Shown here: positions 1 to 9,925 of the stretch, piece by piece
How positions within the stretch are numbered: the stretch's first letter is position 1
How the letters are laid out: each line of letters begins with the position of its first letter
Source of the DNA: Phaeosaccion multiseriatum
Lineage: Eukaryota; Protista; Ochrophyta, other classes
NCBI GenBank assembly: GCA_965112735.1
Contig: OZ218952.1
Span: forward strand, 3,100,001 to 3,164,000
Length of the DNA: 64,000 bases
Direction of reading: 5' to 3'
Notes under the pieces: generated by a model
Told to the model about the DNA's origin: nothing
The model's database searches: none
The model's input: only the letters and a program-made list of their open reading frames with translations
Translations under genes and position numbers: made by a program

Positions 1-420
1 CCTTTTTCTCTCTCATTACGTCTCTCTCTCCCCTCCCTCTCTTTTTTTCTCCTTCTTTTCTCTCTCTCCCTCCTTCCGTCCCTCCGTCCCTCCCTCCCTC
101 CGTCCCTCCCTCCCTCCGGCCCTCCTTCCATCCATCCCTCCCTCCCTCCCTCCCTCCCTCCCTCCCTCCCTCCCTCCCTCTCTCCCTCCCTCCCTCCCTC
201 CCTCCCTCCCTCCCTCCCTCCCTCCCTCCCCACTCCATCCCCACTCCCTCCCCACTCTCTCCGTCCCTCCCTCCCTCCCTCCCTCCCTCCGTCTTTCTCT
301 CCCTCCGTCCCTCTCTCCCTCCGTCCTTCTCTCCCTCCTTCCCTCCCTCTTTCCCTCCCTCCGTCCGTCCCTCCCTCCCTCCCTCTCTCCCTCCCTCCCT
401 CCATCCCCACCCCATCCCCC
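1..420. repeat. (TCCC)n/(CT)-rich pyrimidine tract, 3' part of an intron
   Basis: Near-continuous TCCC units ending at an AG acceptor (421-422). Confidence 0.9.
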
Positions 421-422
421 AG

Positions 423-1238
423 GCCATGACCTCATCATGTGTGGTGCTGTCCATCACGTGGCCGTACGCACTCCTCGAGAGCACTCCCTGAGCATGCACA
501 TGCTTCCCCCTGTGGTGGAAGATCATTCGAAGGTTTTGCGATGTCCCATGCCCGGGAAGGTCATCAGCGTGGCAGTTACGGTGAGGGGGCGAGAGAGAGG
601 GAGGGGGGGGAGGGAGAGAGAGAGATTGAAGAAAGAAAGGGGAGAGACCAAGAGTGGGGGGGAAATTCTTCTTTTCGCATCGACTGAGACGTATATCCTG
701 CTCCTTCGCTCCCTCCCTCCCCTAGCATGGACACGTAGGACAAATACAACCTCGCATAAGCGCACCCGACCTTTGGACATACACCCTCCTTCTCTTCACC
801 GCATCCGTCCACCCACACTCCATGTCTATGTATGACTTGACCATCTATCCATCCTATGTATCTATCCATATATGTATCTATCCATCCACCTACCTATCCA
901 TCTTTATTTTCCATCTATCCATCTATTTCTCTACATATCTGTGTATCTATCCCTCTATCTCTCTATGTATCTGTCTATCTGTCTATCTACCTATATCTCT
1001 CTCTATCTTCAACCCTGTTTTCACGTGCTCATACCATCCTATCCTTCTTGACATGGGACAGGAGGGAGAGAGTGTGGAAGACGGGCAGGAGCTGGCGGTG
1101 GTGGAGGCCATGAAGATGCAGAACGTGCTCAGGGCCCAGCAGAGGGGCAGGGTGGACAAGGTGCGCTGCAAGGCCGGGGACACGCTCAAGGTGGACGCCG
1201 TCATGATCGAGTTTGACTTCCACCATGAGGAGGATTAG
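423..1238 (+). CDS. 3' end of propionyl-CoA (or methylcrotonyl-CoA) carboxylase alpha subunit, biotinyl domain; exons 423-580 and 1062-1238, 5' part outside window
   Basis: Spliced reading ...LRCPMPGKVISVAVT|EGESVEDGQELAVVEAMKMQNVLRA... has the PMPG and EAMKM biotin-attachment motifs; GT at 581, AG at 1060-1061, TAG at 1236-1238. Confidence 0.88.
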
Positions 1239-2127
1239 AGCCTTATCTGTGGATAGTGTTCTGTGTCGGATCCGTTCCTCACTCGACGAGAGACGTCCGC
1301 TGGGCTCCTGTCTTCCGAGTCTCCATGCTCTTCAGTGATGACTATTCTAAATTGTTCAAATAGCACCGCGCCCCTGTCAAGTCAGCTAGCGAGGCCTTGA
1401 TGGGGCCAGAGCAGAAGGTGACCCCGGTGGCCACACTCACTTGTTCTCCTGACTTTCACCCTCCTCGTCATCACCATTGCTCCGTCTCGAGAAAGCCGAG
1501 AAGAGAAGAATTGGATGGGAATGAGGGAGGAATCATCCCTTGGTCTTTGAGCATGGCTGTCTGCTCTTCTAGTAGTACGCTACCTCCAAACACTTGTGTA
1601 ATGTGTCCAACTTCGACATTCTTGCCTTGTCCTGCAAGGGCATCAGAATACACGCATAGTCACAGCCACGCCGATAGTCGTGCTGTCGATACCTTCAGAC
1701 ATCGCATCCGTAGCTGTCGTGTCAGCGCCACTGATGATCGTACCCTCGCAAAAAAGTACCTCCTTTGCCTCCACCGCAGTCTTCTCTCTGCATGGGCCTG
1801 ACCTTAGCCCGCTTGGCCTGCTGCCCTCTCACCCAAGGTCGCCGCTGCCTGCCTGCGATTCTCCACCCACTAAAGAGCCATCCGCTGATTGTCCGGCCTT
1901 TCCAACCTCGCTCCGCACCATCACGTTACGCAAGGTGGTCCGTCGCAAGCCGTTCCGTCATTTCTTCCACCGGAAAGCGCACTCGGTTTTTTCACACATG
2001 TGAGAGCCGCTCGCTCTCCGTCAAGTTCCCCTTGCTCCAACGTCTCGCCTGCAAGCCCACGAAGGCTCCGCACCTGCTTGACGTCCAGAATCTTCAGTCT
2101 CTTCCTCTCCGCGTATCACTGCTAGCT

Positions 2128-2661
2128 TTACCATCGATTGCCGTGGCAGAAAACGCTCAGGGCGAAAATGACTGCAGGTATTCCAACCGGGCTCAGCAGC
2201 GCGATGCCGGTGTAGCGCAGCAGCAGCCGAAGAGTCTCGTCTGCCCGGTGCCTAACAACTCCTGCAGCGCCGATCAAGATCGGCACCGGATAGAGGAGTG
2301 CCCAGCAGACTATCAGGTTTGGGAGCAGCAAGTATTCAGTGCCGGGTGCATCGAAGGCCATGAAGCTCATCCCTGCCACCGTCGGCCAGAACACTGGTAT
2401 TGAGGCGAGCATCAGACCGTTCAGGATGAAGAGGGACCCTTTAATTGTTCTTTGGGTTCTGTTCATCGTGTTGAGCTGGCCCGAGCCCTGCACTTGAGTG
2501 TCGAGAATGACCTGCCCCCCCCTCCTTGTAAGCTGAAGCGGCAGCAGGCCAAGCTCGCCTTCACGGACGAGATTGCCAGTCTGTATTATGCCATGCCCAA
2601 GAGATGAGCGCAGAAGAAGAGCAAGAGGCAGAAGGAAGAAACAGAGCTTGCGTGATGCCAT
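2128..2661 (-). CDS. Intronless small membrane protein (signal peptide + ~3 TM), copy A
   Basis: 177-aa ORF, hydrophobic N-terminus (LCFFLLPLALLL) and three later hydrophobic segments; frame preserved in paralog 62917-63462. Confidence 0.72.
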   Translation of the reverse strand: MASRKLCFFLLPLALLLRSSLGHGIIQTGNLVREGELGLLPLQLTRRGGQVILDTQVQGSGQLNTMNRTQRTIKGSLFILNGLMLASIPVFWPTVAGMSFMAFDAPGTEYLLLPNLIVCWALLYPVPILIGAAGVVRHRADETLRLLLRYTGIALLSPVGIPAVIFALSVFCHGNRW

Positions 2662-2789
2662 GCTGTTGCTTTAATGAAGGTGCTTCATCAAAGTCTCACT
2701 TCACGGATTTCACAAATTCAATTTCACGACCAAGGTTGAAGTTTGAGTTTCAGTTCAATACCGTTCTCGTTCTCACATACGTTTTGAAG

Positions 2790-3896
2790 ATGGACATCGC
2801 CCCCCTTTCGATGAACACGCGCTTGGCCGCTCTCCACGCATCGCTGGACGCTGACCCCGAGGCCTCTGACCTCCTCCGCTCCGCCACCGCGACTCTGGAG
2901 GACAGCTTCGGGCTAGGCCTGACCCCCACTCAGCTGTGGCGCTTCCTTCGCCTCGTGCAGCTGCCGGTGTGTCGCCTGAAGGGCGCTCAGCTGATAAAGG
3001 GGCAGCAGCTCAAGGAGGCGATGAAAGTCGCCGCCGACTTTCCAGTGGAGGAAGGTTCCTGGGGCTGGTGCGGAGACGGCATGGAGAATGACAACGCCGC
3101 CACGTCTCTGCTCTCTGTGCTCGTCAAGGGCATGGGTGGCGGGGTGCACAGCAACATCGAGGCGCTGACTCTCCTCCAGGCCCTTAAGGTGCTCCCCAGG
3201 CGCTTGGCCAATCTGGGGCTCATCGAGAAGGAGAAGCTAAGAGACTTCCACCGCTTCGCTCTGCGCTGCACTCAACACGGAGGAGGAGCTCGGCAGGGAG
3301 GATGCCGCGGCCATGACCGTGGAGCACCCCGCCGTGCCGTCCGGTGTGGCCGCGCCAGGCTTCGGAAAGGTGGCCACCCCCGCCACCCCCACCCGCACGC
3401 TGGTGACATGGGGCTAGGCAATTCGTTGGAGCACATGAGCCTCAACGATGGCCCCCCTCACCACCACCCCCGTGGACCTGAAGGAAGGGGAGGCGGAAGA
3501 CATGGCACCCCCCCCCACCCGCACCGCCACCCCCACGGAGGTCCTGACGCTGACATGGGGCTGGAGAACATGAGCCTCAACGATGCCCCCCTCAGGGACA
3601 GGGATGGCCCCCCTCCTCACCACTTCCCCCATGGGCCTGGAGGAAAGGGAGGCGGAAGGCATGCCCACCACCCCCACCCCAATGGGGAGGGTATGGTGGA
3701 CATGAATGGCCCCCCGCACCGCCACGGAGCCCCGCACGGATATGGCCCGCACGGACACGGCCCTGGAGGAAAGGGGGGCGGGAGGCATCACCACTCCCAC
3801 CCCCACCCCCATCCCCATGGAGAGGGCATGGATGACATCGACGGACCCCCGCACGGCCCCGGAGGAAGGGGGAGGCGGGGATGGCACCAAGTCTGA
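2790..3896 (+). CDS. Intronless protein with helical N-terminal domain and His/Gly/Pro-rich repetitive tail, copy A (368 aa)
   Basis: ATG at 2790 (MDIAPLSMNTRL...); open frame conserved with paralog 61277-62761; repeated MGL..NMSLND / GPPH units. Confidence 0.8.
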   Translation: MDIAPLSMNTRLAALHASLDADPEASDLLRSATATLEDSFGLGLTPTQLWRFLRLVQLPVCRLKGAQLIKGQQLKEAMKVAADFPVEEGSWGWCGDGMENDNAATSLLSVLVKGMGGGVHSNIEALTLLQALKVLPRRLANLGLIEKEKLRDFHRFALRCTQHGGGARQGGCRGHDRGAPRRAVRCGRARLRKGGHPRHPHPHAGDMGLGNSLEHMSLNDGPPHHHPRGPEGRGGGRHGTPPHPHRHPHGGPDADMGLENMSLNDAPLRDRDGPPPHHFPHGPGGKGGGRHAHHPHPNGEGMVDMNGPPHRHGAPHGYGPHGHGPGGKGGGRHHHSHPHPHPHGEGMDDIDGPPHGPGGRGRRGWHQV

Positions 3897-4420
3897 GGAA
3901 GCTGGACTTCCCCCTCACGGTGAATGCAGCTGTAACGAGGTTGTTCCTGGCTTACGAAACAGGACAAACAACACACATCGAACAGAAACTGCACTCAAGA
4001 GGGGGCATTAATTACTTGTTCGTCAAGTGAAATACCCAACAACGACACTGTTTGGAAGCTTTTGCGGCGACAGTAGTAGTAGTAGAGTAGTAGGGGAAAG
4101 GGAGAGGGCGCGGGGGATTTGTAAATAAACAAAGGAAAAAGAAAAAAAAGGTCACAACACTAAACCAATACTTAACACACGATTAGCACCACACCACCTC
4201 GTCCAACTCGTTTCTACATACATACATGACCCCTGCAAGACGGTCAGAGTCGTGGCCGCCTCTCTCGAGCTAGTCCCTTAATCTGCACGAGCTAGACACA
4301 AAAACATGCTCCTCGATGACCACGACTTGGCCCATCCCTATTGGTCCTCCTCAAAATGTCCACGAGCTAGGCCCATATCCATCTTTCATTGCTCCTCCTC
4401 TTGAATGTCCACGAGATGTC

Positions 4421-4693
4421 CTATTGCTCCTCTTCAATGTCCACGAGCACAGCGGGTATGTCCTCCACATGCTCAGGCACCACGACCCATGTATTGGGAG
4501 ACACCACCACCCACGACGACTCAGAGGCCGCCCATTGCTGCGCCTCTGCAGAGACACTAGCTGCTGCTGTTGCTGCTGCTGCTGGTGGTGTTGCTGGTGC
4601 CGTTGGGGTTCTTGTTGTTGTTGTTGTTGTTGTTGCTGTTGTTGTTGTTGCTGTCGTCGTCGTTGTTGTCGTTGTTGTCATTGTTTCTGCTTT

Positions 4694-4727
<34 letters not shown>

Positions 4728-6078
4728 GCTGCTGCTGCTGCTGGTGGTGGTATTGTTGCTGGTCCTGGCGTTGCCGCTGCTGCTGTTGCCCCGCTTACAC
4801 GAGGAGCGGCATCACCAATCCCCCTCTCACCACCGGATCCAGACACAGCAGGAGAGGCACGGACACAGCGCGTGGTCAGGACGAACTCTGACACAGAGAG
4901 ACCTTCCAAAGCGCCCTCTGCGCCCCCTTCACTGTCTTGTCCTCCCCTCTTCTTCCCGCCCTGTCTGACGCGCACAATTCTGTTGGCTCCTTCGTCCACG
5001 CTGCTGGAGGAGAGGCCATAGAACTGGCACACGGCGTGCAGCAATAGACGGTGGAAGGGGCTACTGCTGAGCGTCACGCGAAGGACTCCGTCGTCGCCCA
5101 CCTCAGGTCTCTCCGTTGCGCAGCTCAGCTCGGGCCACAGGGATGCAGAGACAGGGCCAGGTTGCTGTCGCAGGGGGGGGCATTAAAGTCGGTGTGGTTT
5201 CGTTAGGATATGAGGTAATAACGTACATGAACAAGGGGTACAGAAAGACGAGTATGTTGATTTGATTGTGCAATTGCATGGCATGCGTTTCTTCTCATTT
5301 CCTTTCCCCACACTCACAGCCGAGGCCTTCAAGTAGAGCACGACCAGGCTTTCCATCTCCTGAACTACGAGCTTGAGCGTCTCCCGCTTCAGAGCCTTGA
5401 CGAGAAGCTCCCTCAGTCGGCGCTCCACCTGCAATGTCGGAGAGAGAGAGAAGCAGCACACACAATAAGGATTAGCCGAAAAAAGACAAGGAATCCCCTC
5501 CTCCTCTCTGGTTCGTCACGCCACAAGCCTCAAGAGCTGACCCTCCTCACCTGCATGAGTCTGCTCTCGGCCGCTGCCCAGCATGTGCGGCCATACATGG
5601 CGGCGTCTCTCTCGGGGTTGGCGGGTGGCCTATACCCTCCCCTCACAAGGTCTCTGAGGCCTGCGTGACTGTCGTCACCAAGCAAAGTACCCAGGCTGCT
5701 GCTCCACGACAGGTGCGGCTGCGAGGAGCGGTCCTCCCCGTCCTCCGTCTCCCTCTGCAGGGAGCATACAAAGTCGTGGTGTGCGTATCTTCGATCCCTT
5801 CTCTTGCCGCAATAGGCGCCGTTCTCGTTCTGTTTCCAGACCCTTCTTCCCACGAAGGTCTCCGGCCTGTTTCAATGGTGAGGGGATAAGAATGAGCGGA
5901 TGCTGGACAGAAGGGAAAAGAGAGTCGATGTGGCGTACCTCTTCTTCTTCCTCGGCTGCAGCGAGAGCCCAGCAGTAGGAGGAGGAGAAGGAGGAGGAGG
6001 AGAAATAACAACGTGTGGAACCTCTATTGCCCCAGCATCACCCACCCCAGGAGAGATGGTCGACGAGGGCGAAGACAT
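4421..6078 (-). CDS. R3H-domain protein with R3H-associated N-terminal region (R3HDM4-like), 4 exons
   Basis: PFHRLLLHAVCQFYGLSSSS = R-x3-H motif; upstream exon GKRRDRRYAHHDF resembles the R3H-associated motif; exons join in frame at GT-AG sites. Confidence 0.8.
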
Positions 6079-6622
6079 CGTTCAATCCGGGTAGTGCGGC
6101 GCAGCAGGGGGGGGAGAGCAGCCAAGGGGGTGGCCTGAGAGCAAGAAGAAAGGGCTTTATAGGGAAAAGGAAAAGGAGTCAATTTTCTTCGTTGACATAA
6201 TTTTGAAAACCACCTGCGCTGGTCGCGGCTCGGTCCGATGTCTTGCGGACGTGTTTAAGTAATTAAGCAGAAACACAGCAAACACACCCCGCACGTTGTG
6301 TAGCATCATTCAGGAACGGGCCTCATCGACAGCCCCAGCTGCCGTTGCTCCGCCGCCACTCGCACTACCGTGTGCCCCCCTCCCTTTCCCCCCATCCCCT
6401 CGTTCCAGCCCCTAGGCTGAGCCCTTGTGAACCCTCCTTCCGGGTCCGTTTCCCCGGAGCCTGCGTCCGTCAAAGGCAGAAAGGCTGCTCTTTCCTCTAG
6501 TTCTCCCCCCCTCTTCAAATCTAATAATACTGGTAGTCATTCTTGGTCTAAAAGCCACCCCCCCCCCCTCCCCTACTGCTTGGCGTCGCCTACTGCCAAA
6601 ACATCACCCCACCACACTATTA

Positions 6623-6655
<33 letters not shown>

Positions 6656-6727
6656 CTGCTGCATCGCCCTCTCGACCCCTCGCACACCCATGACGAGAGC
6701 GACCCCCGTCCCCGACCGCCCTCCCCG

Positions 6728-8440
6728 CTACACAATCGTCATGCTTCTCTGGCGTGCCAGCGCCCTCTTCTCCCCTCCGCTGCTGAGGCCACTCTCCAGG
6801 CTGTAGGTGGACATCATAAGGCAGCAATCCCCTTCCACCTTGGTGTAGTTCATGGAGGTGCGGCGATACACACTGCTCCCCCTCTGCAGCGTGGTGCTCT
6901 CAAAAGGGTTCTCCCCAATGGTCTTGAGCCCCGCCTCATCCGCCAACATGGTCATGACAAACCTCCTCGGCTTGAACACGTTGAGCACGTTGTTGATAAT
7001 GCCTCGGTAGCTTTTAAACGGGTTGTTGGTCTCGAAACTCGCGTAGCTGCAGCTCTCCTCTGGGGTAACATGCACCGTGTAGTAAGAGTCATACTGGATG
7101 GCGTTCATGCTGTAGCCGCACGGTTCAAAGGCGCAGTCGTCCATCTTTGCCCCGGGTACTAGGTTGATGATGCCACTCTTCTCTGACATGTCTCTTCCTG
7201 TGGGACAATTCTTTTTGTAAAACACTTCGGACACCTCCTCCCCCATGTCGAACATCATCAGATTGAGCGTGCGGTCCGTGTCGGTTATGGCATAGTCCGG
7301 TCTGTCGCATTTGTCGGCGACATACACGAACCAATGGTCCCCTGTCACCGGTCCCAATACATAGCCAGCCCCGTTGAGCCGCTGGGACAGGTGAGAGTGG
7401 GCACGCAGGTACCCCAACTCCTGCTCAAAAGAGCTGTGTGGGAAGAGCTGATCACCGGGGAAGGTGAGGTTCTTACGACTGTACCCCAGCCACTCCAGCT
7501 CCATCCCGAGGTCCGCCGCGGCGAAGCGGAGGAGGGTGGAGATGCAGCGCAGGAGAGTGGTGGTGCCGCACGTCTTGATGAGCAGCTTGTGCGTGTACAC
7601 AAAGAGACTGCTCTCGGATAGCACGTAGGCATCGAGGTGATCGTTGGAGATGGAGCTGATGATGGTGCACTTGGCTTGCTTGAGCACCTTGTCCAGCTGC
7701 TTGCGCGTGAGCTCACGGCAGCCTCGGCTGCTGCCGACAGAGGGCTTGAACAAAACCTACTCAAGTAAGCACGACGGACGGCAGGCAGAGCATTGGCAAG
7801 GGAAGTGAGCTTAGGAAAGGGGGTGAGGGACAGGCAAGAACAATGCGAGCGCCTGCAGCAGTACGCAGCCAAGAGAACTTTCCAGAGAAGAGCAATTTTT
7901 AAGACTCTGGCCGTTCTTTCTCTCCCCCCCCCCCCTTGCTTAGTGGCTTGTGCTCCACGCATCCCCTCCGCACAAGCCATACATACCCTCCGTCCTCACC
8001 TCCAGGGTCTTCTCCGGCCCTTCAAAGCACCCGGTGTAGGGCGGGTGCTCCTCGTCCCCGTCTGCGTCCTCTACTTCCTCTCCGCCATCGCTGCTCTCGC
8101 TCGACGACAGCGGCAAGTCATCTCCACAAGCAGTGCTTGGGCTCCTTCTGACCCCTCCCCCGTTCAGACCCCCGTTCGTTTCCATTAAGCTGGAGCTCCT
8201 GCTGCCCCTCACCCCGTTGACGCCCACCGCCGTTTCCATTTCCGAGTCGGAATGCGCACCCCCGTGCGCCTCGCTACCCGCCGGCCCTTCCCCGTCGCCA
8301 TTGTGGCTGGGCCTGCTACCGATGCTGCTGCCATTCAGGTGCAAGCTATTGTCCAGCTCGGAGGTGGCGCCGTCATCGGAGGTCATGACCACCTCCTCTA
8401 GAGCCTTGGGCCCGGTCATGAACGTCGTCAGGTCCATCAT
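6728..8440 (-). CDS. AMD1: S-adenosylmethionine decarboxylase proenzyme; exons 8440-8000 and 7756-6728
   Basis: FEGPEKTLE|VLF, YVLSESSLFV (self-cleavage site), IKTCGTTTLL, FEPCGYSMN, TVHVTPE, SYASFETN; phase-0 intron 7999-7757. Confidence 0.97.
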
Positions 8441-8567
8441 GCTTGCCTCTGTGCTGCCGGTTGCGCACACCCGCTTGTCTCTCACCCAACACCTCCTTTC
8501 CCCACAAGGGCGCCTCTATTGCCTCGGGATCACGTCCACGACGTAAAATATCCAAAATAAAACTTTG

Positions 8568-8714
8568 TCAGCGCCTGCAGCGGCGGCTCCAAGCCACGCC
8601 CTTGTTGTATCCCTTAGAAGACACCCATGCGCAAGCAGCACTGCAGGAGCTCTGACTGACGAGGGTGTTCAGATCATCCACGGTCAGCTCTCCAAGGCCA
8701 CTCTTGGTCAACAT
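8568..8714 (-). promoter_or_regulatory. 48-codon upstream ORF in the AdoMetDC leader, with two nested tiny uORFs (MI* 8677-8669, MGVF* 8628-8614)
   Basis: ATG 8714 to TGA 8568 encodes MLTKSGLGELTVDDLNTLVSQSSCSAACAWVSSKGYNKGVAWSRRCRR, ending 127 nt before the main ATG; TSS unknown. Confidence 0.6.
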
Positions 8715-9205
8715 CAAGAACTTGCCGCAAGCAGGCTGGCCTCACCAGATTTGCGGCTTTGAAGTTGCGGGAAGCAGGTGGCAGAAGGACTACAAAGAGC
8801 CAAGTTCTCTCCCCCCCTGCTCAACGTGCACAAGCTTCTCTTTTAACGTGCAAAAAAAGCCTGTCTAATCAATCCTCCAATGCTCGGCCTTGTCTGTGAG
8901 AGAGACCGGTCGACGGCCTCCGATCAGAACGGGCTACGTTGCAGTGTAGGTCGGAGGAGAAACCCTTTTCCCCCAGGGGCCCGCCATCGCAAATCTCTCC
9001 TTGGAGGCGCCCAATAGCCTCTTTGTGAAGTGTGTTGCATAGCAGGGGTCTCGCTGGATTCCTCTGAAGGGAGAGACAGAAGAGGTGGTAGCAGCGGCAG
9101 CAGCAGCAGCAGCAGCAGCGGAAGCGGGAGGAGAAGAGAGCGTTTCAAGAGAGAAAAGAAGCCTGTAGTAGGCGGGTAGCAACCGAACAGCAAAAGAGAC
9201 ACAAC

Positions 9206-9884
9206 ATGTCGGAGGCGCTGGTGGGCAGTAGGATCAGCCTCATCTCCAAGAAGGACATCCGCTATGAGGTTTGTGCTGCGTGTATGTGGCCCCCGGGATC
9301 GGCAGAAAAACCAATACTCAAGAGGGTATCCTTGTTGCACTTGCCGGGAACTTCCTCCAGTCCGCTCACTTCCGCTGCCTCGTTGCCCACCCCCGCATGC
9401 GTCCTTCTCAGGGTACTCTCTATAACATCAACACAACCAACGCCGAGGTGACTTTGACTGACGTCAAGTCTTGGGGTACAGAGGGCCGTAGTGAACCAGA
9501 GATCCCGCCCAAATCAGAGATTTACGCGAGCATCCTGTTTAGGGGACAGGACATCAAAGACCTGCACGTGCATGAGACGGTAAGTCCCCGGGTCATGGAG
9601 TCGTCCTTAGTCGCCCCCTCCCGCTCGCTTCAAACGCACATAACGTACTTTGCGGGAGAGGAAGGTAAGGACCTTGTTGAGCTCATTTCTTCGCCCACCC
9701 CTCTCGCGTCCCCCCCGCGCAGCCCAATGAGTCGAAACCAAACGTGGCGCCAGCCGGGCAAGCCCCCCCGCAACAGCAACAACCGCCGCCGCCGCAGCAG
9801 CAGCAGCAGCAGCAGCAGCCCCCACAGCAACAGCAACAGGTGCCACCTCCCCCACCTCCTCCTGCCCAGCAGCAGCACCAACAA

Positions 9885-9925
<41 letters not shown>

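Larger units (their letters stand above)
1601..4180. repeat. Left arm of large inverted duplication (partner 60895-64000); outer edge cannot be fixed because the partner runs off the window
   Basis: 1601 ATGTGTCCAACTTCGACATT is the exact reverse complement of the last 20 nt of the window; colinear similarity continues through both genes and more weakly through the 3' flank (ACTGCACTCAAG, ACGACACTGTT, (AGT)n, CACTAAACCAA). Confidence 0.93.

Noticed and set aside
1397-2125. Third gene in the repeat arms (also 63470-64000)
   Set aside because: Stops and indels differ between the copies in the frames examined, and no recognisable domain was found; possibly a decayed pseudogene.
8373-8555. EAPLW ORF as a homolog of the plant AdoMetDC small uORF (YEAPLGY)
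   Set aside because: Only a four-residue match and no ATG start.
8516-8573. Antizyme-like +1 frameshift at the uORF stop (CGC UGA C) into AdoMetDC
   Set aside because: The +1 frame is the main frame but meets TAG at 8518-8516 before the coding region.
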